A DNA stretch of 64,000 nucleotides from contig JAQGHG010000005.1 in the NCBI GenBank assembly GCA_028288925.1, forward strand, positions 15,991 to 79,990, read 5' to 3'. The position numbers and the translations under genes were made by a program. Within the stretch, counting starts at the first letter, position 1. Each line of letters begins with the position of its first letter. This DNA is from Patescibacteria group bacterium (GTDB taxonomy: Bacteria; Patescibacteriota; Saccharimonadia; UBA4664). Positions 36,513 through 46,212 of the stretch are shown piece by piece. Under the pieces are notes generated by a model. The model had not been told where the DNA came from. It was given only the letters and a program-made list of their open reading frames with translations, and did no database searches.

Positions 36513-37477
36513 TTAAGCCCGTCGGAGATGCGCGGATGATTGGCGACCTCGCCGCGAGGCACCCATAGCGTGCTCTCGCAGTCGTCGCCGGGCGTAAGGG
36601 GCGTGGCCGAATCAAACCCGGTGAGCACATAGGTGTTGCGCAAGGAGCGATTTTGGGGCTTGTGCCCGGCATACAAGTGGTGGGTAGTGGCGAGGGCCGG
36701 GGCTATCTCGACGAGCGAGCTCACGAGTGTGATCGCTCGCGGGTCGATGCCGATGCCGATTTCTTCGGCGACTTCGCGGGCTAGCTCGACTTCCAAGGTT
36801 TCACTGAAGTCGTCGATACCGCCGCCCGGGATGGTGATGTAGTCCGGCGCGAACTTGGCCCAATCTACGCGCTCCTCGAAGAGGATCTCGTCCTTCTCAT
36901 TGATAATGATGAGGTCGCAAACGATCCTGAGGCCGCTGGGTTTTTTGTATTTTTGGTCGAATTTAGTGCTGAGTTTGGCGATCTTTTTGTGGGCGGTGCG
37001 ATACAGCTCGGCGTTTTCAAGCGGCGTGTGTTTGAGTTTGCGGTAGTTCCAGACGGCCAGATCGGGTGCGTCGAATGGTACGCAGTGGAAGTGCAGATGT
37101 TGGTCGACGGTGCTTTGGGCGTTGGCGCCGTCCTTCTGGACGAGCTGCATGCCGCTGATACCATAGACTTCCTTGATGAGTTTCTTGGCGATGTAGGTGA
37201 ATTTGCGGATGGTGTCCCACTCGGCCTGGGTGAGCTCCTTGATGGAGCGGATATGGCGGCGCGGCACGATCATGAAGTGCCCGTCGATGTAGGCATAGAG
37301 GCTGACGGTCATAACTATGCCGTTTTCTTCGAAGAAGACGTATTTGTCGCGCAGATCGCAAAACACGCATTTGCCGACGGACTTCCAGATGTCGTCGTAG
37401 GCGCCGGAGGACCGGGCGTCGCGATAGCGGATTTGTTTGGCTTGTTCGCCGGGGGTAAGGGAGGTGGAATGCGCCAT
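36485..37477 (-). CDS. HIT (histidine triad) - NUDIX fusion hydrolase
   Basis: N-terminal half has CVFCDL...HLHFHCVP (HxHxHxx). C-terminal half has the Nudix box GGGIDDFSETLEVELAREVAEEIG. 330 aa. Confidence 0.75.
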   Translation of the reverse strand: MAHSTSLTPGEQAKQIRYRDARSSGAYDDIWKSVGKCVFCDLRDKYVFFEENGIVMTVSLYAYIDGHFMIVPRRHIRSIKELTQAEWDTIRKFTYIAKKLIKEVYGISGMQLVQKDGANAQSTVDQHLHFHCVPFDAPDLAVWNYRKLKHTPLENAELYRTAHKKIAKLSTKFDQKYKKPSGLRIVCDLIIINEKDEILFEERVDWAKFAPDYITIPGGGIDDFSETLEVELAREVAEEIGIGIDPRAITLVSSLVEIAPALATTHHLYAGHKPQNRSLRNTYVLTGFDSATPLTPGDDCESTLWVPRGEVANHPRISDGLKWSIQSLKL

Positions 37478-37482
37478 GATGG

Positions 37483-38040
37483 TTATTTTTCCTTGAGCGG
37501 ATCTTTGCGCATTTCCATGAAGTCTTTGAAGACGCTGCCGAGTTCGCCGCCGATGGCGCGTTGAACTATCTTGGTGGTGGAAAGCACGGTGGATTGGCGG
37601 TCGACCACCTTCACTTCGCCGCCGTACTTGGTGACGGTTTTGTATTCTTTGGACTGCTTATAGTTTTCGGTCCAGTCTTCTTTGACGGTAATGAAGATGT
37701 CGGGGCGCAGCAGGCCGAGAGTCGGCTGGCAGCTGGGTTCGGGCAATATGGTGACGAAGTCGATGGAGCGGATGTAGGTGAGCATTTCGGCGCGGATTTT
37801 CTCGCCGAGGATGGGTTTGTTGGGGCCTTTCACGCGGCGGATGGCGTCGTCGCTGCTTACGCCTACTACCAGGATGTCGCCGTGGTTTTTGGCTTCTTCG
37901 AAGTAGCGGCAGTGGCCCACATGCAGGAGGTCCCAGGAGCCGGCGGTGAAGACAACCTTTTTGCCCTTTTCTTTGAGTTTTTCTTGCAGGACCATGAGAT
38001 CGCTCTGGGACACGAGGCGTTTTTTCCAGGACGTAGGCAT
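37483..38040 (-). CDS. HIGH-motif nucleotidyltransferase (CTP_transf_like: TagD/ECT/HldE-domain-II-like)
   Basis: VVFTAGSWDLLHVGHCRYF...RSIDFVTIL...STTKIV corresponds to the cytidylyl/adenylyl-transferase core. 185 aa. Confidence 0.75.
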   Translation of the reverse strand: MPTSWKKRLVSQSDLMVLQEKLKEKGKKVVFTAGSWDLLHVGHCRYFEEAKNHGDILVVGVSSDDAIRRVKGPNKPILGEKIRAEMLTYIRSIDFVTILPEPSCQPTLGLLRPDIFITVKEDWTENYKQSKEYKTVTKYGGEVKVVDRQSTVLSTTKIVQRAIGGELGSVFKDFMEMRKDPLKEK

Positions 38041-38087
38041 GCGAGAATCTCCGGTGCGTTAGGGTGTTTTGAATATCACTACCAATT

Positions 38088-39233
38088 CTATACGGTTTTG
38101 CCGATCTTATCGAGAACCTTGAGCGGTGTTATGATGCCTCGTTCCATTAATATGCCGGTTGTGCGGACATAATGTTCATTTTGGTCCAAATATTCGTAAG
38201 GATTGTGGCGGAGAAATTTGTACCAGTCGTAGATCAGGAAGAGATCTACTAATTCTTCGAGCACATCGAGCTGATGATTGTGCGACTTCAGAACCGGGGT
38301 ATCAAAGTGCGCCTGGCCGCGGCGATTGTAGCCCGAGACGAGGAAGTATTTGCGGATTTGGGCCTCGGTCTTGTATTTGCAGTCGACGAGCAGGAAGGCC
38401 AGGGTGCGGGCGATGTCGAACACCGGGTGGCCGGTGGCGGTTTTCTCGAAATCGAGGATGCCGGAGATGTACAGGCCCTCCCCCGCTCCCCCGAACAGAA
38501 TATTGCCGCGTACGAAGTCCATGTGGAGCGCCTGCGAGCTCGGTAGCGCGCGGCAGAGGCGGAGGACGTGCCGCATACGGCCGAGGGTGGCGGGCCGGGG
38601 GACGTAGCCGATCTTGGCGGCCAGCGCGGTGCGGACCTCCCGCATGCCGAAATAGGTCGACAGTCGGCCTATAATGGCTTCGTATTCGTCCTCCACCGGA
38701 TTGAGCTGGACGCCGGTGGGCAATTCGCGCAGTGCGGCATGCATGGCGCTGAGGGTACCGCCCAGTAGCTTGATGTGCGCCTGAGTGTAGGCTTCCCAGG
38801 GGATGGTGCGGCCGGGCAGGTAGCGATACAGCGCGCCGTACTTGTCCCGGGTGGGCGCGCGCAGGCGGATAATGCGCGGGTCGTAGGTACCGCGCGCGGG
38901 CAGCCCCCGACCGGCCAGGAAATCCGATACATGATTGGCGTGCCTGATCTTGACGACGATGCCGGGCTCGGACTTGTAGAGAATGAGGTTGAGCGCTGTC
39001 TGATCCGGCAGGATTACGGGGTAGGCTCTGTTGCGGTAGCCGGATTGGGGCGCGAGGATGCGGGCGGCGGGGATGCCGTAGCCGGATAGAATTCGCCCGA
39101 TGATTAAGATTTCTTTTGGCTTTATGATAGTCGGCACTCCGTATAGGCACAATTGTAACATTGGGACGAAGCCGGCTGGTGCCGGTATGACCGGTGTGCT
39201 ACTTTTATAGGTAATATGTTGATACATAAGCAT
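38088..39233 (-). CDS. APH/choline-ethanolamine-kinase-like small-molecule kinase
   Basis: Catalytic loop HMDFVRGNILF and DFE (ILDFEKT) motif, in a protein-kinase-like fold. Probable start is an internal Met near 39161, since the track ORF overlaps the divergent gene. Confidence 0.65.
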   Translation of the reverse strand: MLMYQHITYKSSTPVIPAPAGFVPMLQLCLYGVPTIIKPKEILIIGRILSGYGIPAARILAPQSGYRNRAYPVILPDQTALNLILYKSEPGIVVKIRHANHVSDFLAGRGLPARGTYDPRIIRLRAPTRDKYGALYRYLPGRTIPWEAYTQAHIKLLGGTLSAMHAALRELPTGVQLNPVEDEYEAIIGRLSTYFGMREVRTALAAKIGYVPRPATLGRMRHVLRLCRALPSSQALHMDFVRGNILFGGAGEGLYISGILDFEKTATGHPVFDIARTLAFLLVDCKYKTEAQIRKYFLVSGYNRRGQAHFDTPVLKSHNHQLDVLEELVDLFLIYDWYKFLRHNPYEYLDQNEHYVRTTGILMERGIITPLKVLDKIGKTV

Positions 39234-40232
39234 TTTCGGCGACGGTTGGGTTTGGCGATTTGGCTGGGACTAGCCGGCTCTCTGGGTATTCTGGCCAATC
39301 TTTTGGCGCTATCATCGGCTAGCGCGGCCTGTACGGCGCTGCCTACGGGGAGCGGTACGGTGACATTTTCGGTGAGCGCCCCCTCTACTACGAATTACCG
39401 GTTCTGGGCCCATATGTACTCACCTTCCTCGGGTAATAACGCCGTGTATTTGCAGATCGACAATAGTTACTGCCAGATTACGGTTGGTAACGCCGCTATG
39501 ACCGCGGGACAGTTCACGTGGGTGGATTACCAAAGCGGCACTACTACTAACAAGATTAATGTGAGCCTGACGGGCGGAAGCCATACTATTGAGCTGGCTG
39601 GGCTGGATCCGGGTGTGGGCGTGGATAAGGTGATGCTCCTGACCGACACTAGTTGTACGCCTACCGGCGACGGCAGTAACTGCGTGGACGCGGTGAGCGG
39701 TACACCGACTCCGGTTCCGGTGGGAGGCGCGTCGCCAACGCCCGTCCCTACCTCGGTGGTGAAGCCGGCTCCAGGTGCTACTCCTGGACCAAATGGCGCC
39801 ACCCCTGTGTCGGGTACGATCTCGCTTCCCAAAGCGTCTCCAAATACCACCCGAACCTACTACCTGGACGACAAGCTCGTGACGAGCGACAAACTGGACA
39901 CCACGAAGCTCTCGGACGGCACGCATACGCTTAAGATTGTCGAAACGGACGCCAACGGTCAGACTAAGGTTTCGACTCAGAAGTTAGCAGTTAAAAATAA
40001 TAAAGGTTGGTTGGCCCAGGTACTCGGGTGGTTCGGCCACCCGCTGAATACGGCCGGGGTGGTCGTGGCGGTGGTGCTGCTGGCGAGTGGCGGGTTCGCG
40101 CTCTGGCGTTTCAAATTTAGGGTTCGGCCCAGCCTGCCGGTATCACTCGGCGGTTCGGCTAGCCCCGTGTCCGCGGTGTCTCCGGCGGCCACGACAATTG
40201 TCTATCCTGATGCGCCAGTTCCCAAGCCATGA
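39216..40232 (+). CDS. Secreted/anchored protein with CBM-like beta-sandwich, Pro/Thr linker and C-terminal TM
   Basis: Signal peptide present. NYRFWAHMYSP...VYLQIDN...GGSHTIELAGLD is a CBM-like region. A PT-rich linker and a C-terminal hydrophobic helix (VVVAVVLLASGGFALW) followed by basic residues. Confidence 0.5.
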   Translation: MLIHKHFRRRLGLAIWLGLAGSLGILANLLALSSASAACTALPTGSGTVTFSVSAPSTTNYRFWAHMYSPSSGNNAVYLQIDNSYCQITVGNAAMTAGQFTWVDYQSGTTTNKINVSLTGGSHTIELAGLDPGVGVDKVMLLTDTSCTPTGDGSNCVDAVSGTPTPVPVGGASPTPVPTSVVKPAPGATPGPNGATPVSGTISLPKASPNTTRTYYLDDKLVTSDKLDTTKLSDGTHTLKIVETDANGQTKVSTQKLAVKNNKGWLAQVLGWFGHPLNTAGVVVAVVLLASGGFALWRFKFRVRPSLPVSLGGSASPVSAVSPAATTIVYPDAPVPKP

Positions 40233-41356
40233 GGTATATAAAGCCGAAGTCTGCCTTGAGAACGTGGTGGGCTATACCGGGAATAATGACGAGCTTGCTG
40301 GTGGGCTATGTGGTGGTGCGCATCTTCGCGGCGGGGCCGGCCGCGACGTTCTTGGTGCCAGGGGGTGTCTTGGCGGGCAACGCGGCGATAACGAGCAATG
40401 GCTCGGCGATCGGCGGGCGGATGGTGACGTTTGGCGTGACGCCGGTACCGACGCCAGCGCCAACTCCGGCGCCGACACCCGCACCGACATCCACACCTGT
40501 CGCCGGTGGTGCCGGCCTCTGCGCTACTATACCTAGCACGCCCGGCGTACTGCCCACCGCCGCCAATACCGGCATTCCGGCCGGCACTACCCTTAGCACC
40601 GCTGCCCCGGCCGGCGTTCAAGTAACGGCTGACTCCTGGAAGGTTGTTACCGACGGAACCGTCATTAACGGCAAAGACATCATCGATAAGTGGGTCGACA
40701 TTGAAGCCAACAACGTGACTATTAAAAATTCGCGTATTAAGGCGCCTACCGGCACTTATTGGGCAGTTTATAACGCGAATGAGAATAAATCTGGCCTAAC
40801 GGTGCTTAATAGCGAGGTTTATTCTTCTGGAGGCGCCCACAACGGCATCATTAGCGAAGATAATACGACAGTGTGCGGCGTCAACGGCCACGGATTCGAG
40901 AATATCGTTAGTATTCAGGGGAATAACATTGTCTTCCAAGCCAATTACTTTCATATCAACTTAGCTGCTCCCGCTACCAGCGATCCTCATAACGATGTCA
41001 TGGAAGTACGCGTCGGTACCAACATTAAGATTCTTGGCAATCGTCTGGTGCAGACCAATACTAATGAAAGCTGGCAACATAACACCAGCGCGTTATACCT
41101 CGGGGCAACATATGGCAATATTGACCAGGTAGTAGTGAACGGCAATTGGTTTGGCGGCGGCACCTACTCGCTCTACATGGTGACGGTTAAGGTTGGAACG
41201 CCGGCCGTACTGAAGACGATCGATGTCACCAATAATAAGTGGTACCGGAGCAGCTATCAGTACGGTACTGTTTCCACGGACGACGGTAGCTCTTGGAGAC
41301 CGCGCACCTGGAGCGGGAACGCTTTTGAGGATAACGGCCAGGTTATATCGTTCTAG
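40229..41356 (+). CDS. Secreted right-handed beta-helix (pectate-lyase-fold) protein
   Basis: N-terminal TM/signal, then a PVPTPAPTPAPTPAPT linker. The repeated NVTIKNSRI / NNIVFQANYFH / NIKILGNRL units are typical of parallel beta-helix coils. Confidence 0.5.
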   Translation: MRYIKPKSALRTWWAIPGIMTSLLVGYVVVRIFAAGPAATFLVPGGVLAGNAAITSNGSAIGGRMVTFGVTPVPTPAPTPAPTPAPTSTPVAGGAGLCATIPSTPGVLPTAANTGIPAGTTLSTAAPAGVQVTADSWKVVTDGTVINGKDIIDKWVDIEANNVTIKNSRIKAPTGTYWAVYNANENKSGLTVLNSEVYSSGGAHNGIISEDNTTVCGVNGHGFENIVSIQGNNIVFQANYFHINLAAPATSDPHNDVMEVRVGTNIKILGNRLVQTNTNESWQHNTSALYLGATYGNIDQVVVNGNWFGGGTYSLYMVTVKVGTPAVLKTIDVTNNKWYRSSYQYGTVSTDDGSSWRPRTWSGNAFEDNGQVISF

Positions 41357-41487
41357 GATGATGAGATCACCTATCCCCGCGCCGCAGCAGCAGCACGATT
41401 AGTGTGGCCGGATACGTGCTTGCGCAAGCGATGCGAATTGCTTAATCCACTACGCCTGCTATGGTAAGCATAAGAGGAATTTGATAA

Positions 41488-42117
41488 ATGCATATGTTGC
41501 CGTTCTTTATTATCAACTACGCGGTAACTATTGGCCTGGCTGTTTTGGCCTGGAGAGTGTTGCCGACTACGCGAACCCGGGTGCTCTTCGTTGCGACGTT
41601 AGTACTGTTGGCGAGCTACCGGCTTTATAACGTGCCGGAAGGTGATGTCACCGACTGGCTGCACCATGTGCCGTTTTATATCGGCGAGGTCGTGTTTTAC
41701 TTTTTCCTGGTGGCGTTCGGGCAGCATTATATCGCGAAAGACGCCCAAGCTACCTCGTCTTCGGCGCCGGCCCGGCTGGGTCTGCCGGCGGTGGCGGCCG
41801 GCGGCAGTTGGTTTGACTTTCTCACCAACCAAGGGTTGCATCACATTGTGACATTCCCCCTGTATTTCCTGATTCTGGCCGCGAACCGGATGAACTACAT
41901 GACGATGGATGAGCGCTACCAAGGAGTGGCCAAATGGCTGATGTGGGGTGTGTTTTTCTTCATCGCGGTACATATTGGCGAGTTTCTTATTGAGAGCCAG
42001 AACTTGGCGCCGGTATTGAAGGGCTATGTGGAATACCTGGAATTTGGCTGGGTGTATTTGGCTTCGGCTTGTTTGGCGGTGGCGCTTCTGAAATTGCGGA
42101 AGGTTAGCCGTGTTTAA
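41488..42117 (+). CDS. Polytopic membrane protein (hypothetical), translationally coupled to downstream histidine kinase
   Basis: About 6 TM helices. Overlaps the HK start by 8 nt. Confidence 0.45.
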   Translation: MHMLPFFIINYAVTIGLAVLAWRVLPTTRTRVLFVATLVLLASYRLYNVPEGDVTDWLHHVPFYIGEVVFYFFLVAFGQHYIAKDAQATSSSAPARLGLPAVAAGGSWFDFLTNQGLHHIVTFPLYFLILAANRMNYMTMDERYQGVAKWLMWGVFFFIAVHIGEFLIESQNLAPVLKGYVEYLEFGWVYLASACLAVALLKLRKVSRV

Positions 42118-43660
42118 GGGATTGTCGCAGGTTCGCACGCAGCTTATTATCAGTTTCTCGCTGGCGATTGTGATCGTGGCGGCCTATGGTTTCTATAGTT
42201 TCTCGCTAGCTAGTCAGGCCAGCCAGATATTGCACGGCGTGCTGGCTCACAACCAGACGCTGAGTGGTAGCGAAGGCGCCCAGCTGGACGCGCTGATTCA
42301 GCAGCTGCTTAAGGCTTCCTTTATCTTTTTGAGTGTGGGGATCGTGGTGTTTTCGGCGATTCTGGTGAATTTGCTGTTTACGATTACGCCGGCGCTGCGC
42401 TTGATCTTGGGCGGTATTAATGAGGTGGTGCGGGGAAACTTGAAGTACCGCATCCGGCTGCAGTCTCATAATGAGTTTGGCAGTATCGCCGGCTTCTTTA
42501 ACCAAGCTATCGCGGAAGTGGAGCAGCTGCACGAGGAGCTCAAGAAAGAGAAGGCCGGGGTGGAGCGTCAGGTGGATGACCGCACTCAGGAGTTGTCGCG
42601 GGAGAAGGCGCGGTTTTTGGCGTCGATCAACAGCTTGCCGTTGGGCTTCATCATGACCAATGTGAGCGGGGCGATTCACACGATCAACCCGGCGATGCAG
42701 CACATGCTCGATCTGCGAGCCGGCGACTTGAGCCTGGAAGACATCTCTAAGCGGCTGGAGGGCCGAGTTGGTCTACTGGAGGAACTGCTGACCCAGGCGG
42801 CTAAATGTGTGAAGAAGAAATCAATTATTACGCTCAATGAGATCAATGATAACAGCCGGATTTACCGGGCGCTGATCGCGCCGGTGCTTGTCCCCCATAC
42901 CAAGGAGATTATCGGCACAGCGGTGCTGGTGGAGGATGTGACGGAGGAGCGGGTGATGGCACGGTCCAAGGATGAGTTTTTCTCGATCGCGTCGCACGAA
43001 TTGCGCACACCGCTGACGGCTATCCGCGGCAATACTTCGATGATCGAGCAGTTTTATACCGAGCAGCTCAAGGACAAGGAATTGCACGAGATGGTGGGCG
43101 ACATCCATGACTCGAGCGTGCGCTTGATCCAGATCGTCAACGACTTCCTGGATATGTCGCGCATTGAGCAGGGCAAGATGAAGTTTGACCTGAGCGACTT
43201 TGACATGCAGAGTGTGGTGCACGATGTGTTTTACGATCTGGGTAGTATACGCGACCAGAAGCACATTTTCTTGAAGTCTGAGCTCGACAAGGGTCTGATG
43301 GTGCACGCCGACAAGAGCCGGATTACGCAGGTGGTTTACAACCTAGTGGGCAATGCGATGCGGTTTGTGGAGACGGGCGGGATTACGATCTCGGGTGCGG
43401 CCGAGGGCAAGCTCCTGAAGGTGTCTATTACTGATACCGGCCGGGGTATCTCGCCCGAGGGACAGCAGCTGCTGTTCCATAAGTTTCAGCAGGCCAATAA
43501 CAATATCCTGACGCGTGACGATACGCGTGGTACGGGCCTGGGGCTGTATATCTCGCGGCTGCTGGTAGAGCACATGGGCGGCAAGATCGCGCTGGAGCGG
43601 TCCGAGGTGGGCAAGGGGTCGACGTTTAGCTTTACAGTGCCTTTGGTGAAGAAGAAGTAG
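42110..43660 (+). CDS. Sensor histidine kinase (TM-HAMP-PAS-like-HisKA-HATPase_c)
   Basis: H-box FFSIASHELRTPLTAIRGN and N/G boxes (VGNAMRF...TRGTGLGLYIS). Confidence 0.85.
   Translation: MFKGLSQVRTQLIISFSLAIVIVAAYGFYSFSLASQASQILHGVLAHNQTLSGSEGAQLDALIQQLLKASFIFLSVGIVVFSAILVNLLFTITPALRLILGGINEVVRGNLKYRIRLQSHNEFGSIAGFFNQAIAEVEQLHEELKKEKAGVERQVDDRTQELSREKARFLASINSLPLGFIMTNVSGAIHTINPAMQHMLDLRAGDLSLEDISKRLEGRVGLLEELLTQAAKCVKKKSIITLNEINDNSRIYRALIAPVLVPHTKEIIGTAVLVEDVTEERVMARSKDEFFSIASHELRTPLTAIRGNTSMIEQFYTEQLKDKELHEMVGDIHDSSVRLIQIVNDFLDMSRIEQGKMKFDLSDFDMQSVVHDVFYDLGSIRDQKHIFLKSELDKGLMVHADKSRITQVVYNLVGNAMRFVETGGITISGAAEGKLLKVSITDTGRGISPEGQQLLFHKFQQANNNILTRDDTRGTGLGLYISRLLVEHMGGKIALERSEVGKGSTFSFTVPLVKKK
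42959..43660 (+). repeat. Paralogous kinase-core segment (about 0.7 kb), similar at DNA level to 57855-58560
   Basis: gatgagtttttctcgatcgcgtcgcacgaattgcgcacaccgctgacggc aligns with gatgagtttttctctatcgcctcgcacgaattacgcacaccactcacggc. The proteins are about 65 percent identical across HisKA-HATPase. Confidence 0.4.
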
Positions 43661-43808
43661 GGCTTTCGCAGTATATGTGCCAGTGGAGGTGCTTGGTGTG
43701 CTGGTACTCCCCTACGTTGGTCATGAGACGAGTATAGCATTGACTTTGGGCTGGAAGTCGAAAATCGGCTTAGTGCGGTGTAATAGTAGGGCATGAATGA
43801 ACCACGGC

Positions 43809-44987
43809 TTACCCACCTTCATAACTCGTAATCCAACTGTACGATTCCGGTACCCGCTCCAGGAGATCGCCCCTAGGGCCGACAATCGCGCTACAGCCAT
43901 ATGCTAATGTGTCGCTATCCTGGTGAATTACATCCGAAGAGACAATATAGCACTTAGATTCAGTTGCACGATCAATTAAGTTAGGTAGATGTTTGTTGCG
44001 GTACTTGACCGCTTTCTCGGTGGCAAGACGGTTATTGAGTGGGTAGAAGATGACCTGTGCGCCTTGCGCTGCTAATGCAAGTGCTCCTTCTGGAAAACGA
44101 GCATCATAGCAGATGTTTATACCGAAGGTTACGTTATTGATGGTAAAGATGGGGCATTGCTCGCCTGGCGTGAAGTTCTCTTCAAAAATGTGCACTTTGC
44201 GATATTTACCAAGAAGTTTTCCCTTGTGTATGACGACGGCTGTATTAAAATAACCCCCATCCTCTTCTTCGATGAGGCCAATAATCGCAGCTGTCTTGTA
44301 CCGCTTCAATTTCTTCAGCACTGCCTGGAATTCGTCTGAAGTTAATGAAATTGCTCGGTTTTTGGTGAGTGATTTGTCGAGAGTGTACCCCTGGAGGAAA
44401 CATTCAGGAAAACAGAGCACATCAACCCGCTGTACGTCCGCATATGCCATATACGCTTCAATAACCTGCAAGGCAGCTGGAATGTCACCCTGAATATCTT
44501 GGAGCTGCGTAGCAGCTACTTTCCACTTCCAGGATTTTTTCACCGGGTCTTTTGGAGACTGCGAGGGGAACTGCTGGATATATTTATAGGCTCGCTCCCA
44601 GGGTGGGTATGGGAAGAACTGAGGTGGCAGATGACCTTCCACGTTGTCGAGCAAACCATTCTCGAGCACGATTTTCGTACAGTTCCAGTCTGGGAAGTGT
44701 GTCTTATACGCTGCGGTATGTGTTTCGAGCAGCTCTTTCTCAAGTGTCCAACCGTTAAAGTCGAAAGCCCATGTACCATCACTGGCGTACATATGGCTCC
44801 CGGGAAAGCCCTCGTTAGGTTTTATATAGACGAGCTTGAACCCCTCGTCACGATGCATCCAAGAAAACAAATGGCCTAATATGTGACAGGCGCCTGCGGC
44901 AAAGAACGCTTTATCTGGCCGGTTCCAGGCCTTAAAGATATCTAGTCTTTCTTCGCGTGTACGTCCAACAATCCCGGGTTGATACAT
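43809..44987 (-). CDS. Carbon-nitrogen hydrolase (nitrilase superfamily) with about 150-aa N-terminal extension
   Basis: E-K-C triad context: CFPECF, YRKVHIFE, NICYDARFPE. Confidence 0.75.
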   Translation of the reverse strand: MYQPGIVGRTREERLDIFKAWNRPDKAFFAAGACHILGHLFSWMHRDEGFKLVYIKPNEGFPGSHMYASDGTWAFDFNGWTLEKELLETHTAAYKTHFPDWNCTKIVLENGLLDNVEGHLPPQFFPYPPWERAYKYIQQFPSQSPKDPVKKSWKWKVAATQLQDIQGDIPAALQVIEAYMAYADVQRVDVLCFPECFLQGYTLDKSLTKNRAISLTSDEFQAVLKKLKRYKTAAIIGLIEEEDGGYFNTAVVIHKGKLLGKYRKVHIFEENFTPGEQCPIFTINNVTFGINICYDARFPEGALALAAQGAQVIFYPLNNRLATEKAVKYRNKHLPNLIDRATESKCYIVSSDVIHQDSDTLAYGCSAIVGPRGDLLERVPESYSWITSYEGG

Positions 44988-45118
44988 GGGTAGCTCCTTT
45001 TTTTATTTTTGTTCAAAAGACGATTTGTATAAACCTCTCACAGCTTGCCATTAGTGTAGCATTGCCAGGTAAACCATCAACTAAAGACCTAGGATCCTAA
45101 AACATCGGGCGCTATATC

Positions 45119-45145
45119 AAAAAGACCCCCGAAGGAGTCTTTTTT
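45119..45145 (-). terminator. Candidate rho-independent terminator after rplA
   Basis: agac-cc/cgaa/gg-agtct hairpin with flanking A and T runs. Confidence 0.45.
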
Positions 45146-45171
45146 GATTCGGACTAAATGTCGAGAATCGA

Positions 45172-46212
45172 CTAACGCTTGCCGGTAGAAACGGCCGAGA
45201 TGGTCGCGGCGGCGTCGACTTTGATGCCGGGGCCCATGGAGGTGGTGGCCGACATGGCCTTCACGTAGGTGCCCTTGGCGGAGGAAGGCTTGGCCTTCAT
45301 GACCGCGCTCAGGAAGGCGGTGGCGTTTTCGCGCAGCTGCTCGGGCTTGAAGCTGGCTTTGCCGATGACCTGGTGCAGGATGGCTTGCTTGTCGATGCGG
45401 AATTCGACCTTACCGGCTTTGGCTTCTTTGACGGCCTTGGCGGGGTCGGGGGTGACGGTGCCGGACTTGGGGTTCGGCATCAGGCCGCGCGGCCCCAGGA
45501 TCTTGGCGACTTTGCCGAGGGTAGCCATGCCGGCGGGAGTGGAGATGAGCATGTCGAAGTCGGTTTTGCCTTTTTCGATAGCGGCGATCAGCTCGTCGGT
45601 GCCTACGAGGTCGGCGCCGGCGGCTTTGGCTTTGTCGGCGGCTTCACCGTCGGCGAAGACGGCCACACGGATGGTCTTGCCGGTGCCGTGGGGCAGCACT
45701 ACGCTGGAGCGGACCATCTGGTCGGCCTGGCGGGGGTCGACGCCCAGGTTGATGTGCAGCTCGACGGAGCTGTCAAACTTGGTCGTGGCGGTCTTTTGGG
45801 CCAGGTCGAGGGCGTCGTCGAGACTGTAGAACAAGTTTCGGTCGACCAGCTCGGCGGCCTTGCGGTACTTCTTGCCGTGTTGGTGCAGCGGGTTGGGCTG
45901 CTGGCGCTGACGAACCTTGGGGGTTTCATCTTCGTTTTCGACGTGCAGCTCTTTGGCGGCTAGGCGAGCGGCCTCTTCTTCGGCTTCGCGGAGGGCTTTG
46001 GCGCTGTGCTTGCCGGCCTTGGCGAGTTTGACCGCTTCGGCAGCTTCGGCCTGCTCTTCGGTTTCGGCTTCGTCGTCTTTGACCTCGGTCTTGGCGACGT
46101 CGTCGCTGAGCTCGATCTCGGGAGCGTCCTCGCGGACCTCGGCGATTTCGGCGGCCTTCTCGTCGTCGGCTTTAATTTCTTCTACTACTTCGGCAGTCTT
46201 GTCTTTTGCCAT
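45172..46212 (-). CDS. rplA: 50S ribosomal protein L1 with about 115-aa acidic/Lys-rich N-terminal extension
   Basis: The C-terminal 230 aa is canonical L1. The N-terminal portion ([29 protein letters not shown]...) is low-complexity and rich in E/A/K. Confidence 0.85.
   Translation of the reverse strand: MAKDKTAEVVEEIKADDEKAAEIAEVREDAPEIELSDDVAKTEVKDDEAETEEQAEAAEAVKLAKAGKHSAKALREAEEEAARLAAKELHVENEDETPKVRQRQQPNPLHQHGKKYRKAAELVDRNLFYSLDDALDLAQKTATTKFDSSVELHINLGVDPRQADQMVRSSVVLPHGTGKTIRVAVFADGEAADKAKAAGADLVGTDELIAAIEKGKTDFDMLISTPAGMATLGKVAKILGPRGLMPNPKSGTVTPDPAKAVKEAKAGKVEFRIDKQAILHQVIGKASFKPEQLRENATAFLSAVMKAKPSSAKGTYVKAMSATTSMGPGIKVDAAATISAVSTGKR

Noticed and set aside
38159-39150. Arg/Pro-rich ORFs (171 aa on plus, 282 aa on minus) overlapping the APH-like kinase gene
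   Set aside because: Alternative-frame artefacts; the kinase frame has clear catalytic motifs.
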